Positions 21,676 through 30,356 of a stretch of DNA of 64,000 nucleotides are shown here, one piece after another. Location of the stretch: positions 2,329,564-2,393,563 of the forward strand of contig OX639973.1 in the NCBI GenBank assembly GCA_951828385.1, written 5' to 3'. The notes under the pieces were generated by a model. That model ran no database searches. It was not told the origin of the DNA and saw nothing but the letters and a program-made list of their open reading frames with translations. Source of the DNA: an uncultured Poribacteria bacterium (GTDB taxonomy: Bacteria; Poribacteria; WGA-4E; WGA-3G). The translations under genes and the position numbers were made by a program. Numbering within the stretch: the stretch's first letter is position 1; every line of letters begins with the position of its first letter.

Positions 21676-23074
21676 GTACCCACTACCTAAAGGTAGGGGC
21701 TTGTGCTTCCTCGCGACTGCGGTTTTCTCAGAGAGTCCACCGTCTGACTGTCGCTCCACTTTAGGCGGCCAAGCCCGCCCGTTTGATATTGATAGCAGCG
21801 TTGATGTCTCGGTCGTGGTGTGAACCACATCTTGGACATGTCCACTGTCTATCTGAAAGAGTGAGTTCTTGATTATGGTATCCACAATCACTGCAAGGCT
21901 TTGTTGTCGCAGTCCATTGACTGATTTGCACAAGTTTTTTACCGTGCTTTGCACACTTCTGTTCCAATATCTGTATGAACTGATAGAAGGCGTGGTCAGA
22001 GACTTTACGTCCCCAAAGGCGTTTCATACCGTCAAGATTCAGCGTTTCAAAACAGAGTATATCAAACTCCGTGCAAAGTTGGGTGGCAAGTTTCCACTGC
22101 CAATCTTCTCTTTGCCGGGCGACTTTTCTGTGGTGCCTTGCCAAAGCACGAACACAACGCCACCAATTATTAGAACCTTTGACTTTACGACTCAGGGCTT
22201 TGCTCAGGGATCGCAACGTTTTCAGGGATTGTTTGAAAAACTGCGGAGATTCTATCTGAGTGCCTTCGTCGCTTGTGAGGAATGTTTTGTTTCCGTAATC
22301 AAACCCTGCGCTCTTACCCGTCTTGAGTTTCGGTTCGGAAGCGTCAACATTCTCGCACGAAAAGCATATCCAATAGTCACCGCATCTGTCACGTTTGAGT
22401 GTGATCGTCTTGATTAGACCTTTGATCTCACGGTGTTTGTGAAAGGAAAACCATGTATTTATACAGTTGATTTTGATACGATTGTTTTCAAGTTTATAGC
22501 CCGCTTGTGTAAACGTCATAGAACTATATTTATGACGCGGTTTGATCTTCGGTCTACCGACTCTGCGTCTTGTTTTACCCGCTTTACGGTCTTCTATATT
22601 TTCAAAGAAAGCGTCCTGTGATTTACCATAACGTAACACAACGTCTTGCACAACTTGACTCGGTAAATCCGCCCAATGCGGTTTTGTCCGCTTTTTGAGT
22701 TTCGCAATGTGTGCCTTTATCCGATATGCCGATAGGTTTTTTCCAAATATACGGTAATACCTACGAGCCAATAGCATGATATGCACGTGTATCTGCCACA
22801 TATCGTCAAGCATGTTGCCGATTTTGACTGTGTTTGATTGATTTTGAATCTTGAACTTGTATGACTTTCTCACCGGATACCAAGTATCAAGTCTTTAACC
22901 CCTGTGAAGTGGGTAGGAAACCGACACACAACCAAGCAGTTGTGCTTCACATGTCTGCCAACTTGATACTATCATTATACAACATTTCTGTGTGAATTCC
23001 AAGGTTATTTTCGGTTTTCACACCCTACGCCGTCTACATCCCCTACCTAAAGGCAGGGGGTTGACGGGGGAGTG
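21669..23074 (-). mobile_element. IS200/IS605-family (IS1341-like, TnpB-only) element, TAM TTAG
   Basis: Subterminal hairpins CCCCTRCCTTTAGGTAG..GG at both ends; right end ...TGAC; joining the flanks restores metH ...CTT ACC TAA followed by its terminator. Confidence 0.85.
21761..22873 (-). CDS. tnpB: RNA-guided endonuclease TnpB
   Basis: RuvC D (GFDYG), E (CFETLNL), D (HDRDINAAINI); zinc finger CSDCG...CPRCG. Confidence 0.95.
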   Translation of the reverse strand: MRKSYKFKIQNQSNTVKIGNMLDDMWQIHVHIMLLARRYYRIFGKNLSAYRIKAHIAKLKKRTKPHWADLPSQVVQDVVLRYGKSQDAFFENIEDRKAGKTRRRVGRPKIKPRHKYSSMTFTQAGYKLENNRIKINCINTWFSFHKHREIKGLIKTITLKRDRCGDYWICFSCENVDASEPKLKTGKSAGFDYGNKTFLTSDEGTQIESPQFFKQSLKTLRSLSKALSRKVKGSNNWWRCVRALARHHRKVARQREDWQWKLATQLCTEFDILCFETLNLDGMKRLWGRKVSDHAFYQFIQILEQKCAKHGKKLVQISQWTATTKPCSDCGYHNQELTLSDRQWTCPRCGSHHDRDINAAINIKRAGLAA

Positions 23075-23092
23075 CTAAGATTGTCTCTGCCA

Positions 23093-23135
23093 GAAAAAAC
23101 AGGACGGTGAAATTCAATTCAGCGTCCTGTTTCTG
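23093..23135. terminator. Probable bidirectional terminator between metH and the VOC gene
   Basis: AAACAGGACG ... CGTCCTGTTT stem with A/T tails between convergent genes. Confidence 0.6.
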
Positions 23136-23193
23136 TGAGTACTTGCGTTAAAGCTGCGATTCAGATTGGGGCAAACGCAGCGGGTTCTGATCT

Positions 23194-23559
23194 TTACGCC
23201 TCAGGTTTATACAAACCGACACAGTTCCCGCTTGGGTCAAGGAACATAGCAAAAGCACCATTACCTCCCGGAATAACTTGAGGAGGTACACAGGTCTTGC
23301 CACCGAGACTTTTTGCCTTGTCAAGCGATGCCTGAAGGTCGTCAACCTGAACATAAATTGAGACATAGTTAGAAACAGGCATGTCATCGGTTGTCGGGAG
23401 TATGTGTCCACATACCTTGTTTTCGGCTTCCGGTTCCAATCCGTAAACACCACCAAGAATCTGGCCGGCTGCATTCCAATCAAACAGCGAACTATAGAAT
23501 TCGCTCAATGATTCCGCATCCTTTCCGGCTATTTCAAAATGTACGACGGGATTTCCCAT
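23194..23559 (-). CDS. VOC/glyoxalase family protein
   Basis: MGNPVVHFEI, FYSSLFDW, YVQVDDLQ, FAMFLDPSGNCVGL. Confidence 0.9.
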   Translation of the reverse strand: MGNPVVHFEIAGKDAESLSEFYSSLFDWNAAGQILGGVYGLEPEAENKVCGHILPTTDDMPVSNYVSIYVQVDDLQASLDKAKSLGGKTCVPPQVIPGGNGAFAMFLDPSGNCVGLYKPEA

Positions 23560-23635
23560 TGGAATTAATTCCTTCCTTTACACAAAATTATTTTATATTA
23601 AGTAATTATACATTAATATGCATTAAAAAGCAAAT

Positions 23636-24484
23636 TTATTTTTCCATGGGGAACAGAACGGCTTTAGATAAAAGATAGTTTATGATTATCTCCGCTGCAA
23701 CCTGTCCTTTCGGATTATCTCCATGATGCGTTTGGTAGACCATCGCCAATCTACCACGAATTCCATCCCGAAGAATAATTGGATCTGCTAATGTCGCTTC
23801 AATACTACCCGTATCACTTGCATATATTTTTTCAGCGTACCACTCAGATTTGAGTTGCTCCAAGGGGAAGGGTCTGTTAGATTTAAAATTGACTAAACTT
23901 GGTGCTACCGTTTTTCCATCTCCTGTGACCAGCATATTCAGGTTCTCAATTTCCTCAACATTTATATCAACATGTGGGAGATCCATAAGGTTTTGTAGAG
24001 GTGCTTTGTTATTTGGTGTGGCATCTGAACTGTAATACCCCAAGTAATCTGCATGATTCAGAATCGTATCACCATCGGTTGTTTCGATCCAGTTTTCTGC
24101 TACAGATCCATCAGGCTGGGTATTCCCTGCGGCATAGATTGATGCGGGTAAAACGCCATAAAGGACGCAGACATTCACGGCACCGTTTGCTGTTGTTTCA
24201 ACCATCCAGTTTTTAAGATATCCCTCATTTTCTGTAATCGCCGCACGGATTCCATTGGATTCCAAAAGTTTTTTTGTCGTTTTTGCTGCAACTGTCGCAT
24301 TTTCCAATGTTATCCACGAGGCACTACCCGTATAAATCAATACATCCATCGGAGGATCTACCTCGCCTGTATCCGATACACCAGATACAATAGCTGTTGA
24401 CTTTTTCTGCACTTTCGTGCAACTCGCAAAGGAAACCGTACAACCGATTAGAGCGATAATAACTATCCATCGGTATTTCCGCAT
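23636..24484 (-). CDS. Hypothetical (lipo)protein
   Basis: AAGGAG RBS; signal peptide ending SFASC (lipobox-like). Confidence 0.7.
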   Translation of the reverse strand: MRKYRWIVIIALIGCTVSFASCTKVQKKSTAIVSGVSDTGEVDPPMDVLIYTGSASWITLENATVAAKTTKKLLESNGIRAAITENEGYLKNWMVETTANGAVNVCVLYGVLPASIYAAGNTQPDGSVAENWIETTDGDTILNHADYLGYYSSDATPNNKAPLQNLMDLPHVDINVEEIENLNMLVTGDGKTVAPSLVNFKSNRPFPLEQLKSEWYAEKIYASDTGSIEATLADPIILRDGIRGRLAMVYQTHHGDNPKGQVAAEIIINYLLSKAVLFPMEK

Positions 24485-24513
24485 TTATAGTTCTCCTTCA
24501 AGTGTAACGTGAT

Positions 24514-24682
24514 TTTATAGTAGATTCTGTAATTACTTATACACTCAGCATCGGTGCGGTTGGAATGCAGGTCGCATTTGGGCGAGTACGCCGCGATGCA
24601 CTTCGCATCTGGGCGTGTACGCCGCAAAAACCGAACCTACCGGGGGTTGAAAGTGTGTATTTATTTTTGGAATTTACTATAA
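24514..24682. repeat. MITE-like shell (TATAGT...ACTATA ends) around a REP hairpin with a 2x31-bp insert
   Basis: Imperfect TIR TTATAGTAGATTC..AAT..TATACACT / AGTGTGTAT.TATT..GAATTTACTATAA; similar ends at about 16885, 17880 and 39664. Confidence 0.7.
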
Positions 24683-24857
24683 TTTCTTTCTTTACACAAA
24701 ATTGTTTTATATTAAGTAATTATACATTAATATACATTAAAAAGCAAATTTATTTTTCCATTGGGAACAGAACCGCTTTAGATCCAGTTTATCGCTCTGC
24801 TTCCGCGTTAATCCTTCGATTTCTTATGTCGTTAATATTCCAACCAAATATGGAACT

Positions 24858-26437
24858 GTGATAGCACCCACTACCTAAAGGCAGGGGCTTCGGTTTCATA
24901 GCGACTGCGGTTTTCTCATGAATGGTTATTGGTTGTTGGTTGTTGGTTATTGGAAAGAGAGGAAACACCCTATCAAAAACACCTCTTTCTTAACCAATTA
25001 CTATTAACTATTAACCAACCACTAAAAAACCGTCTTATTTTCGCTCCACCCGCGGGCGTTTCCCTGGAGTCTCCTACACTACAGGCATATCGTCAGATAA
25101 CGGCTATCCCTGCCCGCAAAATGTTTATCGCAGCGTTTATGTCTCTATCGTGGTGTGAACCACATTCAGGACATGTCCACTGCCTATCGTCCAATGTTAG
25201 GGTTTCGTTATGAAAACCGCAATCACTACAAGGTTTTGTTGTAGCCGTCCATTGTCCGACTTGTTTGAAATGACGCTTATGTTTTTGACACTTATATGCC
25301 AATATCTCAACAAACTGATAGAAGGCGAGGTCAGAGACTTTACGACCCCACAAGCGTTTCATACCGTCAAGGTTTAACGTCTCGATGAAAATCCTATCAA
25401 ACTTTTTACAAAGTTTAGAGGCAAGTTGCCAATGAAAGTCTTTGCGTTGATTGCTGATTTTCCGATAAAGCCGTGCGAGCTGTCTCACGCAACGCCACCA
25501 ACCGTTAGAACCTTTTTGCTTACGGCTAAGGTCTTTATTGAGAGACCGAAGTTTGTTCAAGGAGTGCTTCAAAGGTTGTGGGTGTTGGATTTTCTCACCC
25601 GTGCTCAGTGTCAAATAAGCGTCTTTCATACCGAAATCTGCCCCAACGCTCTTACCTGTTGTCGGCAGTGGTTTGAAATCTGTGTAGGTTGTTGTTATGC
25701 ACAACCAATAGTCGCCACAACTATCACGTTTGATTGTGATATATCTGAGAGTCCCATGCCATTGGCGGTGTTTATGAAACGTATATGGCACTTTATCAAG
25801 TTGCCACTTCCGTGTCTTTGGATTCCATTTGCGAAACGTCAACGTGATACGATTATTTTTCAGAGACCACCCCGATTCTCCGGGGTAGGTGATAGACTTA
25901 AACTTGTGTCTCGGTTTAATTTTCGGTCTACCGCCAAGTTTCTTGAAAAATCTATCGTATGCCCTATCAATGCGTCTCAGTTCCTGTTGGATCGCTTGAC
26001 TCGGCAATGCCTTCCAATGCGGGTGCGTCGTCCCTTTCAAAACTTTCACGTGGTCGCACATACCCTCAAAGTTGACGGACGGCAACCCGTCTTTATGGCG
26101 TTGACGCTGCCACTCATGGAAGTAGACATGCACCTGCCACATATCGTCAAGCAAGTTACCAATTCGTATCGTGTTAGATTGTTTCCCAAGCGGGTATTTA
26201 TAGGTTTTCATGGACTATCAAGTCTCAAGTCTTTAACCCCTAAACAGTGGGTAGGCAGACACATTGCCTTGCGACAACGCTGTTTATGTCTGCCAACTTG
26301 ATACTATCATTATACAACATTTTTAGGTGAATGTCAAATCTTTTTTGACACAAACCCTTTGCCCGCCTACATCCCGGGGTCCCCACCCGTTACTGGGAAG
26401 GGGCAAGCTAAAGCATGGGGTCTTGGCGGGAAAATTG
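24858..26437 (-). mobile_element. IS200/IS605-family (TnpB-only) element, TAM TTAT (TTTAT)
   Basis: Left end follows TTTAT and right end terminates TCAC; excision restores the VOC frame GAT TTT TAT|AGT TCC with no target duplication. Confidence 0.9.
25093..26211 (-). CDS. tnpB: RNA-guided endonuclease TnpB
   Basis: GADFG, IFIETLNL, CSDCG/CPECG, HDRDINAAINI; RuvC triad intact. Confidence 0.95.
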   Translation of the reverse strand: MKTYKYPLGKQSNTIRIGNLLDDMWQVHVYFHEWQRQRHKDGLPSVNFEGMCDHVKVLKGTTHPHWKALPSQAIQQELRRIDRAYDRFFKKLGGRPKIKPRHKFKSITYPGESGWSLKNNRITLTFRKWNPKTRKWQLDKVPYTFHKHRQWHGTLRYITIKRDSCGDYWLCITTTYTDFKPLPTTGKSVGADFGMKDAYLTLSTGEKIQHPQPLKHSLNKLRSLNKDLSRKQKGSNGWWRCVRQLARLYRKISNQRKDFHWQLASKLCKKFDRIFIETLNLDGMKRLWGRKVSDLAFYQFVEILAYKCQKHKRHFKQVGQWTATTKPCSDCGFHNETLTLDDRQWTCPECGSHHDRDINAAINILRAGIAVI

Positions 26438-26800
26438 ATAAAAATCGCTTAACTTTTTACCATCCCTGCCCGATATTTCAAAATGTACGACTGGATTTCC
26501 CATAATATGTTCTCCCTCTCATCTTTTAGATTGTTATTCAACCAAAAAATAAAACGCAAAAACCGTCTTTGCGTTGCACCATTTCCCTGCAGTTCTGAAA
26601 TTCAATTTTCCACATTTCTTATATTCGCTTGATATGTAGGCAGTTTTTTGTTATAATTGGATATAAGATTATGCTGTATCCAGTTTGAGTTTAAGAGTAT
26701 CCCCGGTTCGTAGTAGGGCAATTCATTGCCCGTTTGTGCCGTTTATTACAAATCCACCCTAAAAATTTAAAGAAGATGAGGCATTAAGGAAGTAATACAC

Positions 26801-27058
26801 ATGAATTTAACGATTGAATTAACAACTGAACAGGTTATTGATTTGATTCAGCAGATGCCACCCAAGGAAAAGTTAACGGTTCTCAAGGCACTTGCAAAAC
26901 AGGCTCGTAAGGGACGCCCTGAACGGATGAAATATGCCGAATCGAAGATTCGAGAAGTATGCACCGCACGCGGGTTGGATTGGGACGCGATGACCGAAGA
27001 CAAACGCTTAGATTTCATCAACGATATTGTCCACGAGAATCGCGAAAGCAGCCAATAA
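26801..27058 (+). CDS. Small antitoxin-like hypothetical protein
   Basis: LTTEQVIDLIQQMPPKEK helical motif typical of small TA-associated proteins; RBS present. Confidence 0.55.
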   Translation: MNLTIELTTEQVIDLIQQMPPKEKLTVLKALAKQARKGRPERMKYAESKIREVCTARGLDWDAMTEDKRLDFINDIVHENRESSQ

Positions 27059-27070
27059 TTGTTAGGGAAC

Positions 27071-27352
27071 ATGTTTAGTCAAATCCTCCAGGAAATTCAG
27101 GAAAAAGTCCGCAACCAAGAATACGTTTTAACACTCCACGCCGAAGATGAGATGGCTCAGGATAACCTCACAAGTTTTGACGTAGAGAATGTCCTCTTCA
27201 CGGGTAAAATCGTTGGTAGGCAAAGAGATCTACATAGAGGCGAATGGAAATATGTTGTAGAAGGTCAAACACACGGTTCAGAAATTGCTGTTGTCGTAAC
27301 AAAGTTGACCTTTAGCAGAAAATTGGTTATTATTACTGTTTATGTGAAATAA
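27071..27352 (+). CDS. DUF4258 family (RelE-like fold) putative toxin
   Basis: LTLHAEDEMAQD, DVENVLFTGKI, KYVVEG, LVIITVY. Confidence 0.8.
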   Translation: MFSQILQEIQEKVRNQEYVLTLHAEDEMAQDNLTSFDVENVLFTGKIVGRQRDLHRGEWKYVVEGQTHGSEIAVVVTKLTFSRKLVIITVYVK

Positions 27353-27372
27353 AATCACAAGGAGTTAAACTA

Positions 27373-27600
27373 ATGAAGTGTGATATTTGCGGAAAAGAGG
27401 GTGCGCGCCAACGTTACATCTCCCGAAGTTATGGCAAAGGCGAGTCCCTCCTCGTCATCGAAAATGTGCCTACGATCCATTGTCCAAATTGTGGTGAGGG
27501 TTACCTAACTGCACAGACCTTAAAAGCAATCGAACGTATTAAGCGGAATCAGCAAACCGTTGCGTCAAAACGCCCGGTATCAGTCGCAGTTTTCAACTAA
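27373..27600 (+). CDS. YgiT/MqsA-type zinc-finger protein (putative antitoxin)
   Basis: MKCDICG...VIENVPTIHCPNCGEGY, directly after DUF4258. Confidence 0.88.
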   Translation: MKCDICGKEGARQRYISRSYGKGESLLVIENVPTIHCPNCGEGYLTAQTLKAIERIKRNQQTVASKRPVSVAVFN

Positions 27601-27617
27601 TTTGGGTAAAGAAAAAC

Positions 27618-28508
27618 ATGCAAACATCTCATAAATATTTAGATCCGGTCGCCCTCTCTCGGATTGGCGGTATGGAACTTGTTGCACGCCTTGTCGTTGA
27701 AGGGTTTGTCACGGGTTTGCACAAAAGTCCGTATCAAGGGTTCAGCGTCGAATTCGCGGAACACCGGCAGTATATGCCCGGCGATGAAATCCGCTATATT
27801 GATTGGAAGGTCTTCGGAAAATCTGACCGGTATTACGTCAAAAAGTTTGAAGAGGAGACGAACCTGCGTGCCTATATTCTGCTCGACACGAGCGCGTCAA
27901 TGAACTATAAACACGCAGAGGAAGGATTGACGAAGTTTGAATACGGCTGTTACCTCGCGGCAACGCTCACTTACCTCATGCTGAAACAACGCGATTCGGT
28001 TGGATTGGCACTCTTTGATACGGATATTACGCAATACATTCCACCAAGGGGTGCAGCAACACATCTTCAAGCGATTATGTCTGCCTTGGAGAACGCGACC
28101 CCCGGTCAGGAAACCAAGTTGAGCAGCCTTTTTCACGAACTTGCTAAACGGATTGTACGACGCGGTTTGGTTATCGTGATCTCGGATCTGCTCGATGAAC
28201 CCTCACAAGTCATCTCAGCGTTGAAACACCTCCGCCACCAAAAACACGAGGTGATCGTCTTTCACCTGCTCGATCCTGCCGAACTTACCTTCCCTTATAC
28301 CGGCTCTGTCGTTTTTCGGGATATGGAAACCGGAGAGACCCTTTCAACACAAGCCGACACCCTGAAAACGGACTACCTTGAGAAACTGAACGGGTTTATC
28401 CAGAGTTATCGTCGTGGGTGCGGCGCAAGTCAGATTGATTATGTGCAGATGGATACTGAGACACCGTTCGACTACGCGCTATCTGAGTATCTGTCCCGCC
28501 GAAAGTAG
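27618..28508 (+). CDS. DUF58 family protein (vWA-like, MoxR-associated)
   Basis: GLHKSPYQGFSVEFAEHRQYMPGD, IDWKVFGK, LLDTSASM, VISDLLD. Confidence 0.92.
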   Translation: MQTSHKYLDPVALSRIGGMELVARLVVEGFVTGLHKSPYQGFSVEFAEHRQYMPGDEIRYIDWKVFGKSDRYYVKKFEEETNLRAYILLDTSASMNYKHAEEGLTKFEYGCYLAATLTYLMLKQRDSVGLALFDTDITQYIPPRGAATHLQAIMSALENATPGQETKLSSLFHELAKRIVRRGLVIVISDLLDEPSQVISALKHLRHQKHEVIVFHLLDPAELTFPYTGSVVFRDMETGETLSTQADTLKTDYLEKLNGFIQSYRRGCGASQIDYVQMDTETPFDYALSEYLSRRK

Positions 28509-28653
28509 ATACCCCAATTTTTTTTGTAGGAGCGACCTCTGGTCGCGATTTCTGACGACTGACCCCTGATAGCCAAACAAGACACCGTTGACCGATTAAA
28601 CAAAGCGTGCTACAATAACCCCATCAACGATTCAGACAGGTGGAGGAAATACG

Positions 28654-29805
28654 ATGAAAACATATCGGATCGGAATTTTGGGATGTAGAGGCCGCGGGAC
28701 CGCAGCCGCACGGGCATATCATGCACATCCACGCACAGAGATCGTCGCGCTCTGCGATCTGATTGAAGAACGTCTAAACACCTTGGGTGAAGAAGTCAAC
28801 GTCACGGCACGGTTCACGGATTTAGATGAGATGATCCAACAGACGCAACCCGACATCGTCGCGATTCCTACCGGCACGGAGTTCCACTACGATCTGTGTA
28901 TGCGTGTACTGGAACACGGTGTTCACATTGAGGTGGAAAAACCGATGTGCGTAGACCTGGCGCAAGCGGATGCTGTTATCGCCAAAGCGGAAGAGAAGGG
29001 CGTACAGGTTGCGGTGCATCATCAAGGAAGAGTTGGCGCATCTATGCAGGCACTTGCACGTGCTTTTAATGCCGGGAAAATCGGTGAATTGCGCTATATG
29101 TACGGCAGCGGGAAAGGCTACTACGGCGGTTACGGACTGATGAACATCGGCACACACATGCTCAATAACATGCTGCACTTCGGGAAACGCTGCACAAGCG
29201 TCGTAGCGCACCTGACGACGGGTGAAAAGTCTATTACACCTACAGATGTCGTGCCATCACCGAGCGGTATGGGAACGATCGCGGGCGAATACATCACCGC
29301 AACATTACAATATGAAGGTCACGTCACCGGCACGCTGCTCCAACACCGGTTTCATAAGATGGATACGGATGCGTATTCTATGGAACTCTACGGGACTGAA
29401 GGGCGACTTTTATGGAAGATCGGCGGCGCATGGTGGCTACCCACACCGCACTATCTCCCAGACGGAACGCACGACCGGTGGGAAGCGTTAGATCTCATCT
29501 ACCCGGAGCATTACGATTCCAAAAGTAGCGCGTCGGAAATGGATTACTGGTTCGTGGAGGACTACGTCAATGCTTTAGATGAAGGTAGACCGCATACATG
29601 CAGCGGCACCGAGGGACGGCATATCATTGAGATGATGATGGGGATTTTTGAATCGGCGGCGTACGGGACCCGTGTTGACCTTCCACAACCCGATCGGCGG
29701 CATCCGTTGTTAAGATGGCGCGAAGAATCAGGATTAGAACCGCCTGCAGAGATGCCAAGAGCCTATGGAGACTGGCTAACGCTGGAATCTGAACGGATTG
29801 GCTAA
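28654..29805 (+). CDS. Gfo/Idh/MocA family oxidoreductase
   Basis: IGILGCRGRG, VEKPM, NIGTHML. Confidence 0.9.
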   Translation: MKTYRIGILGCRGRGTAAARAYHAHPRTEIVALCDLIEERLNTLGEEVNVTARFTDLDEMIQQTQPDIVAIPTGTEFHYDLCMRVLEHGVHIEVEKPMCVDLAQADAVIAKAEEKGVQVAVHHQGRVGASMQALARAFNAGKIGELRYMYGSGKGYYGGYGLMNIGTHMLNNMLHFGKRCTSVVAHLTTGEKSITPTDVVPSPSGMGTIAGEYITATLQYEGHVTGTLLQHRFHKMDTDAYSMELYGTEGRLLWKIGGAWWLPTPHYLPDGTHDRWEALDLIYPEHYDSKSSASEMDYWFVEDYVNALDEGRPHTCSGTEGRHIIEMMMGIFESAAYGTRVDLPQPDRRHPLLRWREESGLEPPAEMPRAYGDWLTLESERIG

Positions 29806-29821
29806 ACCAAACGAAAACTCT

Positions 29822-30356
29822 GGCGCGCTTACAAAAAAATAAAATCAATTCGGTAATTGACGGGCGATGAATCGCCCTACTACGAACATATTGGCTTGTA
29901 GTAGTGCTATTTATAGCACGTTCGGAAGTTACACGATTAAATTACTTTATCAAGGCGCGCTTACAAAAAAATAAAATCAATTCGGTAATTGACGGGCGAT
30001 GAATCGCCCTACTACGAACATATTGGCTTGTAGTAGTGCTATTTATAGCACGTTCGGAAGTTACACGATTAAATTACTTTATCAAGGCGCGCTTACAAAA
30101 AAATAAAATCAATTCGGTAATTGACGGGCGATGAATCGCCCTACTACGAACATATTGGCTTGTAGTAGTGCTATTTATAGCACGTTCGGAAGTTACACGA
30201 TTAAATTACTTTATCAAGGCGCGCTTACAAAAAAATAAAATCAATTCGGTAATTGACGGGCGATGAATCGCCCTACTACGAACATATTGGCTTGTAGTAG
30301 TGCTATTTATAGCACGTTCGGAAGTTACACGATTAAATTACTTTATCAAGGCGCGC
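29822..30356. repeat. Perfect tandem array, 4 x 132 bp, each unit holding an inverted REP pair (BIME-like)
   Basis: GGCGCGC recurs at 29822, 29954, 30086, 30218 and 30350; each unit has GGGCGATGAATCGCCC-TACTAC and GTAGTA-GTGCTATTTATAGCAC hairpins. Confidence 0.95.

Larger units (their letters stand above)
23576..24783. repeat. ~95-bp direct repeat (about 23576-23669 and 24690-24783)
   Basis: Near-identical copies, each holding the 3' end of the lipoprotein gene (KAVLFPMEK*) plus the AT-rich spacer that follows it. Confidence 0.85.
24790..26503 (-). pseudogene. Second VOC gene copy, interrupted by a TnpB element and 3'-truncated
   Basis: ATG 26503 gives MGNPVVHFEISGRDGKKLSDFY; after the element the frame resumes SSIFGWNIND, matching EFYSSLFDWN of 23194-23559, then stops early. 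Confidence 0.85.

Noticed and set aside
25426-26301. 291-aa ORF antisense to tnpB, and similar shadow ORFs over arc, metH, gnd and the ABC genes
   Set aside because: They lie opposite well-supported genes and show no motifs or RBS.
29822-30356. CRISPR array
   Set aside because: Units are identical over all 132 bp with no unique spacers, and no cas genes are present.
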